Shown here in pieces: positions 63,474-64,000 of a stretch of 64,000 bases of DNA (position 1 is the stretch's first letter; every line of letters starts with the position of its first letter). Location: the NCBI GenBank assembly GCA_017501645.1, contig JAFVWN010000060.1, forward strand, positions 91,063 to 155,062. Direction: 5' to 3'. The position numbers were made by a program, and so were the translations under genes. Under the pieces are notes generated by a model. The model was not told where the DNA came from. It searched no databases and saw nothing but the letters and a program-made list of their open reading frames with translations. This DNA is from Clostridia bacterium. Lineage in GTDB: Bacteria > Bacillota > Clostridia > Christensenellales > UBA1242.

Positions 63474-64000
63474 CTAAATTTCTTCATCAAAGTACTCAAA
63501 ATCCATATCTTTAACACGGATAATACTTCCGTCTTTAAGTCCTCTGCGTTTAAGTTCTTTCATAATACCCTTTTCCTTCAACACTTTTTGGAAGTATGAG
63601 AAAGAAGTGTAATCGTCAACAACAATATTTCTTACAAGCTCATCAATAAACCCACCAGAAAGAACATATGCGCCATCATCCTCACGAGAAATCTCATATC
63701 TGTTTGAATCTGGTCTAGTATAAACAAATGGCTCAAACTCAAGAGGCTTCTTTGGAGAGAGTTCGTCAAGTTTACGAGACACAACTTTTAAGAGTTCATC
63801 CAAGTTCTCTGCAATAATCGCAGAGACTTCAACAACTTCATATTTAGTCTTTAATCTATTAAGTTTTTTCTTGAATTCTTTGATTTGTTCTTCTGTTGCC
63901 ATATCGCATTTATTAAGAACAATTATTTGAGGAAGTTCCCCAACTTCTTTTGCATATTTTTTAAGCTCATTATTTACAATCTTAAAATCTTCGTAAGGAT
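63474..64000 (-). CDS. obg: GTPase Obg, 3' part (gene starts beyond right edge)
   Basis: The frame is open to the window edge. The G4 motif LNKCD lies just upstream of MATEEQ. An Obg C-terminal (OCT) domain-like tail is present (..YVLSGGFIDELV..). Confidence 0.8.
   Translation of the reverse strand, partial: PYEDFKIVNNELKKYAKEVGELPQIIVLNKCDMATEEQIKEFKKKLNRLKTKYEVVEVSAIIAENLDELLKVVSRKLDELSPKKPLEFEPFVYTRPDSNRYEISREDDGAYVLSGGFIDELVRNIVVDDYTSFSYFQKVLKEKGIMKELKRRGLKDGSIIRVKDMDFEYFDEEI

Noticed and set aside
1-64000. Whole-window search for rRNA, tRNA, CRISPR arrays, IS elements/transposases, integrases and toxin-antitoxin pairs.
   Set aside because: Intergenic gaps are short (350 nt or less) and are accounted for by promoters, terminators and the T-box. 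I recognised no cloverleaf-like or repeat-spacer structure and no transposase or integrase motifs. A covariance-model scan (tRNAscan-SE, Infernal) would be the decisive check.

Overview
AT-rich (about 30% GC by eye) bacterial chromosomal segment with Bacillota-type gene content and the standard genetic code. It falls into three blocks. (1) 1-11.5 kb is a minus-strand phage-derived packaging/head module. It holds TerL, two small ORFs (one possibly a small terminase), portal, scaffold, an HK97/P22-like coat and four more structural-size ORFs, the last running off the left edge. It also holds an opposite-strand SH3b-repeat membrane protein and a sigma-region-4 / ArpU-RinA-like regulator. (2) 11.9-35.1 kb is a plus-strand, tightly packed three-gene operon dominated by one uninterrupted 19,812-nt ORF. 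That ORF encodes a 6,603-aa predicted lipoprotein with many degenerate Listeria-Bacteroides/InlB-B-type F-x-G-W repeats, a DnaJ-type CxxCxGxG pair, two further Cys clusters and an unassignable C-terminal region. It is followed by a beta-propeller-like + 3xSH3b + C-terminal-TM protein and a signal-less M16 (HxxEH) peptidase, and closed by tandem terminators. (3) 35-64 kb is mostly minus-strand housekeeping: a two-OB SSB paralogue, a NodB deacetylase, a 961-aa repeat-rich membrane protein, type IIA topoisomerase B+A, murG, DUF1538 plus two P-II-like genes, a WYL regulator, ddl, murF, a hydrolase, rimI, tsaB, tsaE, deoC, a PyNP-like gene with degenerate active-site motifs, pheS/pheT behind a Phe T-box, ASCH, yhbY and the 3' part of obg. 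No rRNA, tRNA, CRISPR array, transposase or integrase was seen. There are two best candidates for something new. One is the giant-lipoprotein operon with its divergent regulator. The other is an exact 16-nt element (GAGCTCAAGTGTGACA) found upstream of both the regulator gene and the phage structural genes, each time exactly 19 nt from a -10-like hexamer. All domain calls come from motif recognition by eye; no database search was run.
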